Notes under the pieces: model-generated
Databases searched by the model: none
Told to the model about the DNA's origin: nothing
Seen by the model: only the letters and a program-made list of their open reading frames with translations
Shown: one piece after another, positions 48,078-61,716 of the stretch
Layout: every line of letters starts with the position of its first letter
Numbering within the stretch: the first letter of the stretch is position 1
From: Octopus vulgaris
Lineage: Eukaryota
Reading direction: 5' to 3'
Assembly (NCBI GenBank): GCA_951406725.2
Contig: OX597820.1
Coordinates: 45,136,001-45,200,000 of the forward strand
DNA: 64,000 bases
Program-made: the position numbers and the translations under genes

Positions 48078-49889
48078 CTATATATTCTTCATCTTTTAGC
48101 TTTTATCTGCTTCATTTATTAAATTCTTAGCATGCAGTCAATATCTATTCCTGGAATGAAATATGTTTTTTATGTCTATATAAATATGTGTGTGTATGTC
48201 TGTATACACATGTAAATGTAGGTACATATGTACATGTGTATATATATATATATATATACATACATAGATATACATAGATATACACACACTCAAATATATA
48301 CATATATATGCATGTGTATACACATGGATGCATATTTATAGATATTCTGCTACACCAGTTACTGAGTGTTATGCCTTTCTGAATAATGGCAATTTGTGAC
48401 ACAGTGTGAATGCAGACGGTGTGGAACTTTTGTGAGCACCATTATGAATCCGAGAAATTCTCATAATTCTTAAACATGTAGATAACCTGAATTATAATTC
48501 CTAGGACACGCCTGAGGCTGATTCTGCTGCTGCTTTTTCTAGATGCATCTATGTGAAGGACTTTTGATGGTGTATTCTTACTCTTTATATTCAAATGAAT
48601 GTTTTGAAATTTATTATTGTCATGAGAAAACAGAGAAATGGAATATTCTGACTTACATATCGTCTGCATAACATGTAGATATTACCTGTATGCATAAAAG
48701 TAAAGCCATGAATATCAAGGCACATAATGCTGCATTCATATACCCAATGGGTGCAAAGCTAGGAATGTGTTGTTTTAATATTTGGTATAGAAATAGTAGT
48801 GGTAGCACTTTCTCTCCACTTAACTTTTAAATCATTTTAATTTTTTATATTCTTCATCTTCTAAGTTTCACTTGTTTCAGTGATTAGATTTTTACCCTGC
48901 AGTAAATATATATTGCTTGATTGCAATATATGTATGTTTATGAGTATATTTATATATATATATATACATACACTGTAGATACACATGTCTGTAGATACAC
49001 ATGTATGTGTATAAGCACACATGTATGTATATACATAGATACAATGCTGTTACACAAGTCACTGGATACTATGCCTCTCTGAATACTAGCAATTTGTGGT
49101 ATAGTCAAAGCAGGCTTTGTGAAACTGTTGTGAGAACCATTATGTATCCAACAGATTTTGATATTTCTTAAAACACTCAGTGAATAACAAAAAAAAAAAT
49201 GAAATTCACTATAATGCAATCTCAAAACAGGAGAGGTGTTCTGAGAAAGAACTCCCATCTGACAAGTGTTTGGCTATTATTCCTGATACTCTATGGGAGC
49301 TGGAGCCACCCAGCTCTTGTCTCGTAGGTTTCCCCTTGCTGTTTTCCAAAATCCTGTCTCCTGCTTTATTCAGACGTCAGTCATTCTTTTTGTGGTCTTG
49401 AATTCCCTTGCCTGTGTTTCAGACCACTAATGCTGCTACACCAGTCACTAGACATTATGACTTTCTGAATAATAGCAATTTGTGACACAGTGTGAAGGTA
49501 AAAATTGAGGAACTTTTGTCAGCACCATTATGTACCAGACAGATTCTGGTATTTCTTAAAGCATGTACAGAATGACTGCAATTAGAATACCCAGGAAAAG
49601 CAGGGGCTAGACTGATGTTGGTTGTTCTTGATGCATCGGCTTTAAAGTCTTTTGTTGTTGTACTCTTACTTTTTGTGTCGAAATCAATTTTTGCCATTTC
49701 GAAATTATTGTCATAAACCAACGAAGTTGAATATTCTGACTTACTCCAGATCGTGGATACATAACTCATATGCATAACTTATTGGCACGGATATCAAGGA
49801 ATGCAGTATTTTCTTATTTGGTATTTCTATCGTAAGGGTGAAATTTCCTCTCCATTGAAGTTGTGAAAACTATATATCTGTGAAATATA

Positions 49890-50612
49890 CTAGCAGTGTA
49901 GCCCGGTGTTGCTCTGGTTTGTTTTTTAGTTGCACTTAAAACAGCAGACTTTGATGTCACGTTAACACAGCTTTGACATAGTTTCAATCTACGAATAAAA
50001 GTATAGTGTGACGATGCTCGAGTTTGCTCTGAATGTGCTGCAGATGTGTAATACCGACTTCAGGTGTTGGTATTGTTGGCTTAAATTCCTTCTATTAACA
50101 TTATTCCATAGGAGCTGATTCCAAAGCGTATTTAAAGCTCTGAATGTAGCTGTTGTCCTGTGAAGCATTTCTTGCAGTTCTAGAAGGGGGCCGATTCTAG
50201 CTTGCAGTTTAATTGAGTATTTATCGTTTTCATCTGTGAAGGCAAATAAATTTTGCCTTGCTGCCTGTTGAAAGCTGTCTGAAATAAAGTATAGCTAGAG
50301 AAATTGCAGTGGATTATTATCAACAGGCTGTAGAGAGCTGATAAAATGATGCAACTGACCATGAACTTTAAAAGTTGGTATATATTCCTTCTTATCAAAT
50401 TTATAACCGGATCCAAATGGGTTCATCTGGAAGGCACAATTGTAATGTCGGATACCTTTAAGGAAGGCCCTTGATATAGGATGGGTACCTGTAAGAAGAA
50501 ATTTAAGTGGCTGTGGTGGATCCCTAGGTGTAGGTAGTTATACCTTTCCATTTGAACAGCACAATCCCGCTTGTTCATCTACCCATTTTTTAGCATTGCA
50601 AAATTGACAAGT
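49890..50612 (-). mobile_element. Helitron 3' piece, copy 4
   Basis: Same CTAG terminus and Rep remnant. Confidence 0.8.
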
Positions 50613-50943
50613 AGTCATAAACCACCCAAGTTGAATATTCCGACTTACATGTTGTCTCCAGATTGTGGAGACATTACTTATATGCATAACTTATTGGCAC
50701 GGATATTAAGGAATGCAGTATTTTCATATTTAGTATTTCAATATGAAGAGTGATATTTTCTCCCCATTGAAGTTCTGAAAACTATATATCTTTGAAATAC
50801 AAAAGTAAAGACGTAAAGTAAGTACAGTGTTTCCATATTTGGTATGCAGTGTATCTATATTTGGTACTTATATAGAAAGTCTAGCATTTTCATATTTGGT
50901 ACGTGTATATAAAGGGGAGAATTTTTACTCCACCCAAATAGTT

Positions 50944-50979
<36 letters not shown>

Positions 50980-52791
50980 CTATATATTCATCTTTTAGCT
51001 TTTATCTGCTTCATTTATTAAATTCTTAGCATGCAGTCAATATCTATTCCTGGAATGAAATATGTTTTTTATGTATATATAAATATGTGTGTGTTTGTCT
51101 GTATACACATGTATGTGTAGGTACATATGTACATGTGTATATATATATATATATATACATACATAGATATACATAGATATACACACACTCAAATATATAC
51201 ATATATATGCATGTGTATACACATGGATGCATATTTATAGATATTCTGCTACACCAGTTACTGAGTGTTATGCCTTTCTGAATAATGGCAATTTGTGACA
51301 CAGTGTGAATGCAGACGGTGTGGAACTTTTGTGAGCACCATTATGAATCCGAGAAATTCTCATAATTCTTAAACATGTAGATAACCTGAATTATAATTCC
51401 TAGGACACGCCTGAGGCTGATTCTGCTGCTGCTTTTTCTAGATGCATCTATGTGAAGGACTTTTGATGGTGTATTCTTACTCTTTATATTCAAATGAATG
51501 TTTTGAAATTTATTATTGTCATGAGAAAACAGAGAAATGGAATATTCTGACTTACATATCGTCTGCATAACATGTAGATATTACCTGTATGCATAAAAGT
51601 AAAGCCATGAATATCAAGGCACATAATGCTGCATTCATATACCCAATGGGTGCAAAGCTAGGAATGTGTTGTTTTAATATTTGGTATAGAAATAGTAGTG
51701 GTAGCACTTTCTCTCCACTTAACTTTTAAATCATTTTAATTTTTTATATTCTTCATCTTCTAAGTTTCACTTGTTTCAGTGATTAGATTTTTACCCTGCA
51801 GTAAATATATATTGCTTGATTGCAATATATGTATGTTTATGAGTATATTTATATATATATATATACATACATGTCTGTAGATACACATGTATGTAGATAC
51901 ACATGTATGTGTATAAGCACACATGTATGTATATACATAGATACAATGCTGTTACACAAGTCACTGGATACTATGCCTCTCTGAATACTAGCAATTTGTG
52001 GTATAGTCAAAGCAGGCTTTGTGAAACTGTTGTGAGAACCATTATGTATCCAACAGATTTTGATATTTCTTAAAACACTCAGTGAATAACAAAAAAAAAA
52101 ATGAAATTCACTATAATGCAATCTCAAAACAGGAGAGGTGTTCTGAGAAAGAACTCTCATCTGACAAGTGTTTGGCTATTATTCCTGATACTCTATGGGA
52201 GCTGGAGCCACCCAGCTCTTGTCTCGTAGGTTTCCCCTTGCTGTTTTCCAAAATCCTGTCCCCTGCTTTATTCAGACGTCAGTCATTCTTTTTGTGGTCT
52301 TGAATTCCCTTGCCTGTGTTTCAGACCACTAATGCTGCTACACCAGTCACTAGACATTATGACTTTCTGAATAATAGCAATTTGTGACACAGTGTGAAGG
52401 TAAAAATTGAGGAACTTTTGTCAGCACCATTATGTACCAGACAGATTCTGGTATTTCTTAAAGCATGTACAGAATGACTGCAATTAGAATACCCAGGAAA
52501 AGCAGGGGCTAGACTGATGTTGGTTGTTCTTGATGCATCGGCTTTAAAGTCTTTTGTTGTTGTACTCTTACTTTTTGTGTCGAAATCAATTTTTGCCATT
52601 TCGAAATTATTGTCATAAACCAACGAAGTTGAATATTCTGACTTACTCCAGATCGTGGATACATAACTCATATGCATAACTTATTGGCACGGATATCAAG
52701 GAATGCAGTATTTTCTTATTTGGTATTTCTATCGTAAGGGTGAAATTTCCTCTCCATTGAAGTTGTGAAAACTATATATCTGTGAAATATA

Positions 52792-53515
52792 CTAGCAGTG
52801 TAGCCCGGTGTTGCTCTGGTTTGTTTTTTAGTTGCACTTAAAACAGCAGACTTTGATGTCACGTTAACACAGCTTTGACATAGTTTCAATCTACGTATAA
52901 AAGTATAGTGTGACGATGCCCGAGTTTGCTCTGAATGTGCTGCAAATGTGTAATACTGACTTCAGTTGTTGGTATTGTTGGCTAAAATTCCTTCTATTAA
53001 CATTATTCCATAGGAGCTGATTCCAAAGCGTATTTAAAGCTCTGAATGTAGCTGTTGTCCTGTGAAGCATTTCTTGCAGTTCTAGAAGGGGGCCGATTCT
53101 AGCTTGCAGGTTTAATTGAGTATTTATCGTTTTCATCTGTGAAGGCAAATAAATTTTGCCTTGCTGCCTGTTGAAAGCTGTCTGAAATAAAGTATAGCTA
53201 GAGAAATTGCAGTGGATTATTATCAACAGGCTGTAGAGAGCTGATAAAATGATGCAACTGACCATGAACTTTAAAAGTTGGTATATATTCCTTCTTATCA
53301 AATTTATAACCGGATCCAAATGGGTTCATCTGGAAGGCACAATTGTAATGTCGGATAACTTTAAGGAAGGCCCTTGAGAGAGGATGAGTACCTGTAAGAA
53401 GAAATTTAAGTGGCTATGGTGGATCCCTAGGTGTAGGTAGTTATACCTTTCCATTTGAACAGCACAATCCCGCTTGTTCATCTACCCATTTTTTAGCATT
53501 GCAAAATTGACAAGT
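52792..53515 (-). mobile_element. Helitron 3' piece, copy 5
   Basis: Same CTAG terminus and Rep remnant. Confidence 0.8.
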
Positions 53516-55862
53516 AGTCATAAACCACCCAAGTTGAATATTCCGACTTACATGTTGTCTCCAGATTGTGGAGACATTACTTATATGCATAACTTATTGG
53601 CACGGATATTAAGGAATGCAGTATTTTCATATTTAGTATTTCAATATGAAGAGTGATATTTTCTCCCCATTGAAGTTCTGAAAACTATATATCTTTGAAA
53701 TACAAAAGTAAAGACGTAAAATAAGTACAGTTAGGGAGCTTTTTAATGATCACTATAAATGTTTTGATACATATAGATCTACATATTGAAATGAATTTTT
53801 TGAATTTGTTGTCATCACAAAACAGCAAATTCAAATATCTTGACTTGCATGTCATCTGCAAATTGTTTAGACATTGTTGTATCACATTCATATACCCGAT
53901 GAATGCAAAGCTAGGAATGCAGTGTTTCCATATTTGGTACATATATAGAAAGGGTAGCATTTCCATATTTGGTATGTGTATATAAAGGGGACATTTTTAC
54001 TCCACCCAAATAGTTACATACACATACATACACACACACAGACACACATATATCTATATATTCTTCATCTTTTAGCTTTTATCTGCTTCATTTATTAAAT
54101 TCTTAGCATGCAGTCAATATCTATTCCTGGAATGAAATATGTTTTTTATGTATATATAAATATGTGTGTGTTTGTCTGTATACACATGTATGTGTAGGTA
54201 CATATGTACATGTGTATATATATATATATATATACATACATAGATATACATAGATATACACACACTCAAATATATACATATATATGCATGTGTATACACA
54301 TGGATGCATATTTATAGATATTCTGCTACACCAGTTACTGAGTGTTATGCCTTTCTGAATAATGGCAATTTGTGACACAGTGTGAATGCAGACGGTGTGG
54401 AACTTTTGTGAGCACCATTATGAATCCGAGAAATTCTCATAATTCTTAAACATGTAGATAACCTGAATTATAATTCCTAGGACACGCCTGAGGCTGATTC
54501 TGCTGCTGCTTTTTCTAGATGCATCTATGTGAAGGACTTTTGATGGTGTATTCTTACTCTTTATATTCAAATGAATGTTTTGAAATTTATTATTGTCATG
54601 AGAAAACAGAGAAATGGAATATTCTGACTTACATATCGTCTGCATAACATGTAGATATTACCTGTATGCATAAAAGTAAAGCCATGAATATCAAGGCACA
54701 TAATGCTGCATTCATATACCCAATGGGTGCAAAGCTAGGAATGTGTTGTTTTAATATTTGGTATAGAAATAGTAGTGGTAGCACTTTCTCTCCACTTAAC
54801 TTTTAAATCATTTTAATTTTTTATATTCTTCATCTTCTAAGTTTCACTTGTTTCAGTGATTAGATTTTTACCCTGCAGTAAATATATATTGCTTGATTGC
54901 AATATATGTATGTTTATGAGTATATTTATATATATATATATATATACATATACATACATGTCTGTAGATACACATGTATGTGTATAAGCACACATGTATG
55001 TATATACATAGATACAATGCTGTTACACAAGTCACTGGATACTATGCCTCTCTGAATACTAGCAATTTGTGGTATAGTCAAAGCAGGCTTTGTGAAACTG
55101 TTGTGAGAACCATTATGTATCCAACAGATTTTGATATTTCTTAAAACACTCAGTGAATAACAAAAAAAAAAATGAAATTCACTATAATGCAATCTCAAAA
55201 CAGGAGAGGTGTTCTGAGAAAGAACTCCCATCTGACAAGTGTTTGGCTATTATTCCTGATACTCTATGGGAGCTGGAGCCACCCAGCTCTTGTCTCGTAG
55301 GTTTCCCCTTGCTGTTTTCCAAAATCCTGTCCCCTGCTTTATTCAGACGTCAGTCATTCTTTTTGTGGTCTTGAATTCCCTTGCCTGTGTTTCAGACCAC
55401 TAATGCTGCTACACCAGTCACTAGACATTATGACTTTCTGAATAATAGCAATTTGTGACACAGTGTGAAGGTAAAAATTGAGGAACTTTTGTCAGCACCA
55501 TTATGTACCAGACAGATTCTGGTATTTCTTAAAGCATGTACAGAATGACTGCAATTAGAATACCCAGGAAAAGCAGGGGCTAGACTGATGTTGGTTGTTC
55601 TTGATGCATCGGCTTTAAAGTCTTTTGTTGTTGTACTCTTACTTTTTGTGTCGAAATCAATTTTTGCCATTTCGAAATTATTGTCATAAACCAACGAAGT
55701 TGAATATTCTGACTTACTCCAGATCGTGGATACATAACTCATATGCATAACTTATTGGCACGGATATCAAGGAATGCAGTATTTTCTTATTTGGTATTTC
55801 TATCGTAAGGGTGAAATTTCCTCTCCATTGAAGTTGTGAAAACTATATATCTGTGAAATATA

Positions 55863-56585
55863 CTAGCAGTGTAGCCCGGTGTTGCTCTGGTTTGTTTTTT
55901 AGTTGCACTTAAAACAGCAGACTTTGATGTCACGTTAACACAGCTTTGACATAGTTTCAATCTACGAATAAAAGTATAGTGTGACGATGCTCGAGTTTGC
56001 TCTGAATGTGCTGCAGATGTGTAATACCGACTTCAGGTGTTGGTATTGTTGGCTTAAATTCCTTCTATTAACATTATTCCATAGGAGCTGATTCCAAAGC
56101 GTATTTAAAGCTCTGAATGTAGCTGTTGTCCTGTGAAGCATTTCTTGCAGTTCTAGAAGGGGGCCGATTCTAGCTTGCAGTTTAATTGAGTATTTATCGT
56201 TTTCATCTGTGAAGGCAAATAAATTTTGCCTTGCTGCCTGTTGAAAGCTGTCTGAAATAAAGTATAGCTAGAGAAATTGCAGTGGATTATTATCAACAGG
56301 CTGTAGAGAGCTGATAAAATGATGCAACTGACCATGAACTTTAAAAGTTGGTATATATTCCTTCTTATCAAATTTATAACCGGATCCAAATGGGTTCATC
56401 TGGAAGGCACAATTGTAATGTCGGATACCTTTAAGGAAGGCCCTTGATATGGGATGGGTACCTGTAAGAAGAAATTTAAGTGGCTGTGGTGGATCCCTAG
56501 GTGTAGGTAGTTATACCTTTCCATTTGAACAGCACAATCCCGCTTGTTCATCTACCCATTTTTTAGCATTGCAAAATTGACAAGT
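55863..56585 (-). mobile_element. Helitron 3' piece, copy 6
   Basis: Same CTAG terminus and Rep remnant. Confidence 0.8.
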
Positions 56586-57295
56586 AGTCATAAACCACCC
56601 AAGTTGAATATTCCGACTTACATGTTGTCTCCAGATTGTGGAGACATTACTTATATGCATAACTTATTGGCACGGATATTAAGGAATGCAGTATTTTCAT
56701 ATTTAGTATTTCAATATGAAGAGTGATATTTTCTCCCCATTGAAGTTCTGAAAACTATATATCTTTGAAATACAAAAGTAAAGACGTAAAATAAGTACAG
56801 TTAGGGAGCTTTTTAATGATCACTATAAATGTTTTGATACATATAGATCTACATATTGAAATGAATTTTTTGAATTTGTTGTCATCACAAAACAGCAAAT
56901 TCAAATATCTTGACTTGCATGTCATCTGCAAATTGTTTAGACATTGTTGTATCACATTCATATACCCGATGAATGCAAAGCTAGGAATGCAGTGTTTCCA
57001 TATTTGGTACATATATAGAAAGGGTAGCATTTCCATATTTGGTATGTGTATATAAAGGGGAGCATTTTTACTCCACCCAAATAGTTACATACACATACAT
57101 ACACACACACAGACACACATATATCTACATATTCTTCATCTTTTAGCTTTTATCTGCTTCATTTATTATATTCTTACCATGCAATCAACATCTATTCCTG
57201 GAATGAAATACGTTTTTTATGTATATATAAATGTGTGTGTGTGTGTGTGTTTATGTCTGTATACACATGTATGTGTTGGTACATGTGTGTGTATA

Positions 57296-57449
57296 TCATC
57301 ATCATCATCATCATCGTTTAGCGTCCGTTTTCCATGCTAGCATGGGTTGGACGGTTCTACTGGGGTCTGAAGCCAGAAGGCTTCATCAGGCCCAGTCAAA
57401 TCTGGCAGTGTTTCTACGGCTGGATGCCCTTCCTAACGCCAACCACTCC

Positions 57450-57450
<1 letters not shown>
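57296..57450 (-). mobile_element. SINE 3' portion inserted in one array unit's microsatellite
   Basis: Reverse complement of the family at 22661-22811; absent from the paralogous site at ~41470. Confidence 0.85.
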
Positions 57451-57498
<48 letters not shown>

Positions 57499-58154
57499 CA
57501 TAGATATACGTATATATGCATGTGTATACACATGGATGCATAGTTATAGATATTCTGCTACACCAGTTACTGAATGTTATGCCTTTCTGAATAATGGCAA
57601 TTTGTGACACAGTGTGAATGCAGACGTTGTGGAACTTTTGTGAGCACCATTATGAATCCGAGAAATTCTCATAATTCTTAAACATGTAGATAACCTGAAT
57701 TATAATTCCTAGGACACGCCTGAGGCTGACTCTGCTGCTGCTTTTTCTAGATGCATCCATGTGAAGGACTTTTGCTGGTGTATTCTTACTCTTTATATTC
57801 AAATGAATGTTTTGAAATTTATTATTGTCATGAGAAAACAGAGAAATGGAATATTCTGACTTGCATATCGTCTGCATAACATGTAGATATTACCTGTATG
57901 CATAAAAGTAAAGCCATGAATATCAAGGCACATAATGCTGCATTCATATACCCAATGGATGCAAAGCTAGGAATGTGTTGTTTTCATATTCGGTATAAAA
58001 ATGTTAACCGTAGCACTTTCTCTCCACTCAACTTTTAAATCGTTTAAATTTTTTATACTCTTCATCTTTTAAGTTTCACTTGTTTCAGTGATTAGATTCC
58101 TACCATGCAGCAAATATATATTGCTTGATTGCAATATATGTGTGTTTATGAGTA

Positions 58155-58196
<42 letters not shown>

Positions 58197-59595
58197 CATG
58201 TCTGTAGATACACATGTATGTGTATAAGCACACATGTATGTATATACATAGATACAATGCTGTTACACAAGTCACTGGATACTATGCCTTTCTGAATACT
58301 AGCAATTTGTGGCATAGAGTCAAAGCAGACTTTGTGAAACTTGTCAGAACCATTATGTATCCAACAGATTTTGATATTTCTTAAAACACTCACTGAATTA
58401 CAAAAAAAAAAAAATGAAATTCACTATAATGCAATCTGAAACAGGGAGAGTTGTTCTGAGAAAGAACTCCCATCTGACAAGTGTTTGGCTATTATTCCTG
58501 ATACTCTATGGGAGCTGGAGCCACCCAGCTCTTGTCTCGTAGGTTTCCCCTTGCTGTTTTCCAAAATCCTGTCCCCTGCTTTATTCAGACGTCAGTCATT
58601 CTTTTTGTGGTCTTGAATTCCCTTGCCTGTGTTTCAGACCACTAATGCTGCTTCACCAGTCACTAGATATTATGACTTTCTGAATAATAGCAATTTGTGA
58701 CACAGTGTGAAGGTAAAAATTGAGGAACTTTTGTCAGCACCATTATGTACCAGACAGATTCTGGTATTTCTTCAAACATGTACAGAATGACTGCAATTAG
58801 AATACCCAGGAAAAGCAGGGGCTAGACTGATGTTGGTGGTTCTTGATGCATCGGCTCTAAAGTCTTTTGTTGTTGTATTCTTACTTTTTGTCTCGAAATC
58901 AATTTTTGCCATTTTGAAATTATTGTCATAAACCACCCAAGTTGAATATTCTGACTTACATGTTGTCTCCAGATCGTGGAGACATTACGCATATGCATAA
59001 CTTATTGGCATGGATATCAAGGAATGCAGAATTTTCATATTTGGTATTTCAATAGGAAGAGTGATATTTTCTCTCCATTGAAGTTGTGAAATCTATATAT
59101 CATTGAAATACAAAAGTAAGGACGTAAAGTAAGTACGGTTAGGGAGCTTTTTAATGATCACTATAAATGTTTTGATACATATAGATCTACGTATTGAAAT
59201 GAATTTTTTGAATTTGTTGTCATCACAAAACAACAAATTCAAACATCTTGACTTGCATGTCATCTGCAAACTGTTTAGACATTGTTGTATCACATTCATA
59301 TACCCGATGAATGCAAAGCTAGGAATGCAGTGTTTCCATATTTGGTACTTATATAGAAAGTCTAACATTTCCATATTTGGTACGTGTATATAAAGGGGAG
59401 CATTTTTACTCCACCCAAATAATTACATACACACACACACATATATCTATATATTCTTCATCTTTTAGCTTTTATCTGCTTCATTTATTAAATTTTTACC
59501 ATGCAGTCAATATCTATTCCTGGAATGAAATATGTTTTTTATGTATATATAAATATGTGTGTGTACGTCTGTATACACATGTATGTGTAGGTACA

Positions 59596-59627
<32 letters not shown>

Positions 59628-59628
<1 letters not shown>

Positions 59629-60193
59629 GCCAGCGAGCCAGGATCCACCGACAACATATTCGGCAGGAAGAACTACGCAAAATACCACTAAGCACACACC
59701 TAGCTACATGTGGAGAAGGAAAATTTAAGATATTTCCCTTCTACAAGTGTCCGAAGAACGACACCTCCTTCAGGAGGAATATGGAAAAACATTTCATAGC
59801 TAAGTTCTCCCCCAAATTAAAAGGCTGAAACTTTACTCAACATACATTGAAGGACAAATTTTTCGATTTACAATATGATACAGTGGAACATTTAATATAT
59901 GTGTGTATATATATATATAGGTATGTGTGTGTATGTTACCTGTTATATACACTATATTGTTTTTGCAACTTACTTGATCTTTACTTGCCAATTGTCATTC
60001 TAATTTTAACCTTCCTATGATATACAATTTTCAAGATGGTGTAACTTGATTGTTCATTTTGATTCGATAGAAGGTGGATTTTTCTCTAATGTTTCATGTG
60101 TAAGCATGTATATATATACATATATAGTGACATTGAAGGACACATCTTTCGATTTACAATCTAATATAGTAGAACATTTAGGATATGTCTGTA

Positions 60194-60232
<39 letters not shown>

Positions 60233-60430
60233 GTGTGTGTATAGATATGTGTATTGCCTGTTATATACATTATATTATATTATTATCTTTATAATTTACT
60301 TCCATCTTTACCCTTTAATTGTCACTTTAATTTTAACTTTCCTATGATATACAATTTTCAAGATGGTGTAATTTGGTTATTCATTTTGAACCGATAAAAA
60401 TGTTTTTTTCAAATACTTTATGTATAAGTC

Positions 60431-60475
<45 letters not shown>

Positions 60476-60939
60476 TGGTATAAATATCAACACACAAAAA
60501 TATTTTTTTCTTCTCCACTTCCTCCCTTATTTTTATTTATTTTTTATTTATTTTTTATATTTTTTATTTTTTTATTTTTTTTTAATATTTTTATTTATTT
60601 TTTATTTTTTATATTTTTAATTATTTTTTATTTTTATTTTTATTTTTATTTTCCCTTTTCTCTTTCTTTCTCTCCTTCTCCAAACACACAGAGACACACA
60701 CACACAAAAACACACACGGACACACACACACCTCCACAAAATGATCATAGAAAGTGTGACCCCAAATGACATTTGTCCGGCCAGCCTATGCACAACACAC
60801 ACTCAGTGACATGAGACTGGACAGAGAGCAGAGCCAAATTTCTTAGAAAACCACAGGAGGTCCAGTAGACCAATGGAATAACAATACTTCTTCTTCCCTA
60901 TCGGATACAAATGCACACACACACACACATACACACACA

Positions 60940-61008
<69 letters not shown>

Positions 61009-61716
61009 ACACACACACATACACACACACATACACACACACATACACACACACACACACATACACATACACACATGTTTTCTCTGTCTCACTTCCTCTT
61101 CACCCTTTTATACTGTCTTATTCCTCCCCACCACTACTACGAAACTATAAAATGTTGAAATTACCCACAAGGAATTGATTTGATTTGAAAAGCCCACTCG
61201 ATTGGGAGAAAGCGCTAATCCGAATGATATGAATCTGAATGATATGATATATATGTAAAAAATGTAATATATAAATAAATATCTATAAATATGAACCATC
61301 CGATCTGATTACCTCATTTTTTCTAATATATAATACCTGTACATCATCTCCAAACCTTCCAATACATATATTTGGATGTACATGACATCAGAATGGATGG
61401 ACTAATATCAGATCCACAAACAGAAGATACCAAAAATACAGAAAATATTGAAAGGAATGGAACAGAACCAGACCCCAAACAGGCTTATACCAAACACGCA
61501 GAAGACCTAACACAAATCTGCCAAATATGCAATGCCGAAATAAACAAGACAGAAACACATCTTCAACAGGGAAATACCAGAAGCATGGAAGATCTACTCA
61601 CAGAAACCTGTAGTAAGTTAAATTCATTTCTCTCAAAAATTGATACGCTCTTTGCAAACATTGCTTTAACAATAAATACAATCCAAACACAAAATATTCT
61701 CTCTAAAAATAATCAA
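59628..61716 (+). mobile_element. Neptune-type PLE: ORF 3' end, long non-coding region with a ~290-bp duplication, and possibly the start of a following ORF (61372-61719)
   Basis: 'CQRARIHRQ..QEELRKIPLSTHLATCGEGKFKIFPFYKC...PKLKG*' is nearly identical to the end of ORF 18609-19400; the non-coding part is homologous to 12830-13800. Confidence 0.8.

Noticed and set aside
41685-59393. Recurrent 60-106 aa ORFs as an intact tandem gene family
   Set aside because: They recur only because the DNA units are near-identical; they occur on both strands and are broken by stops and frameshifts between subtypes
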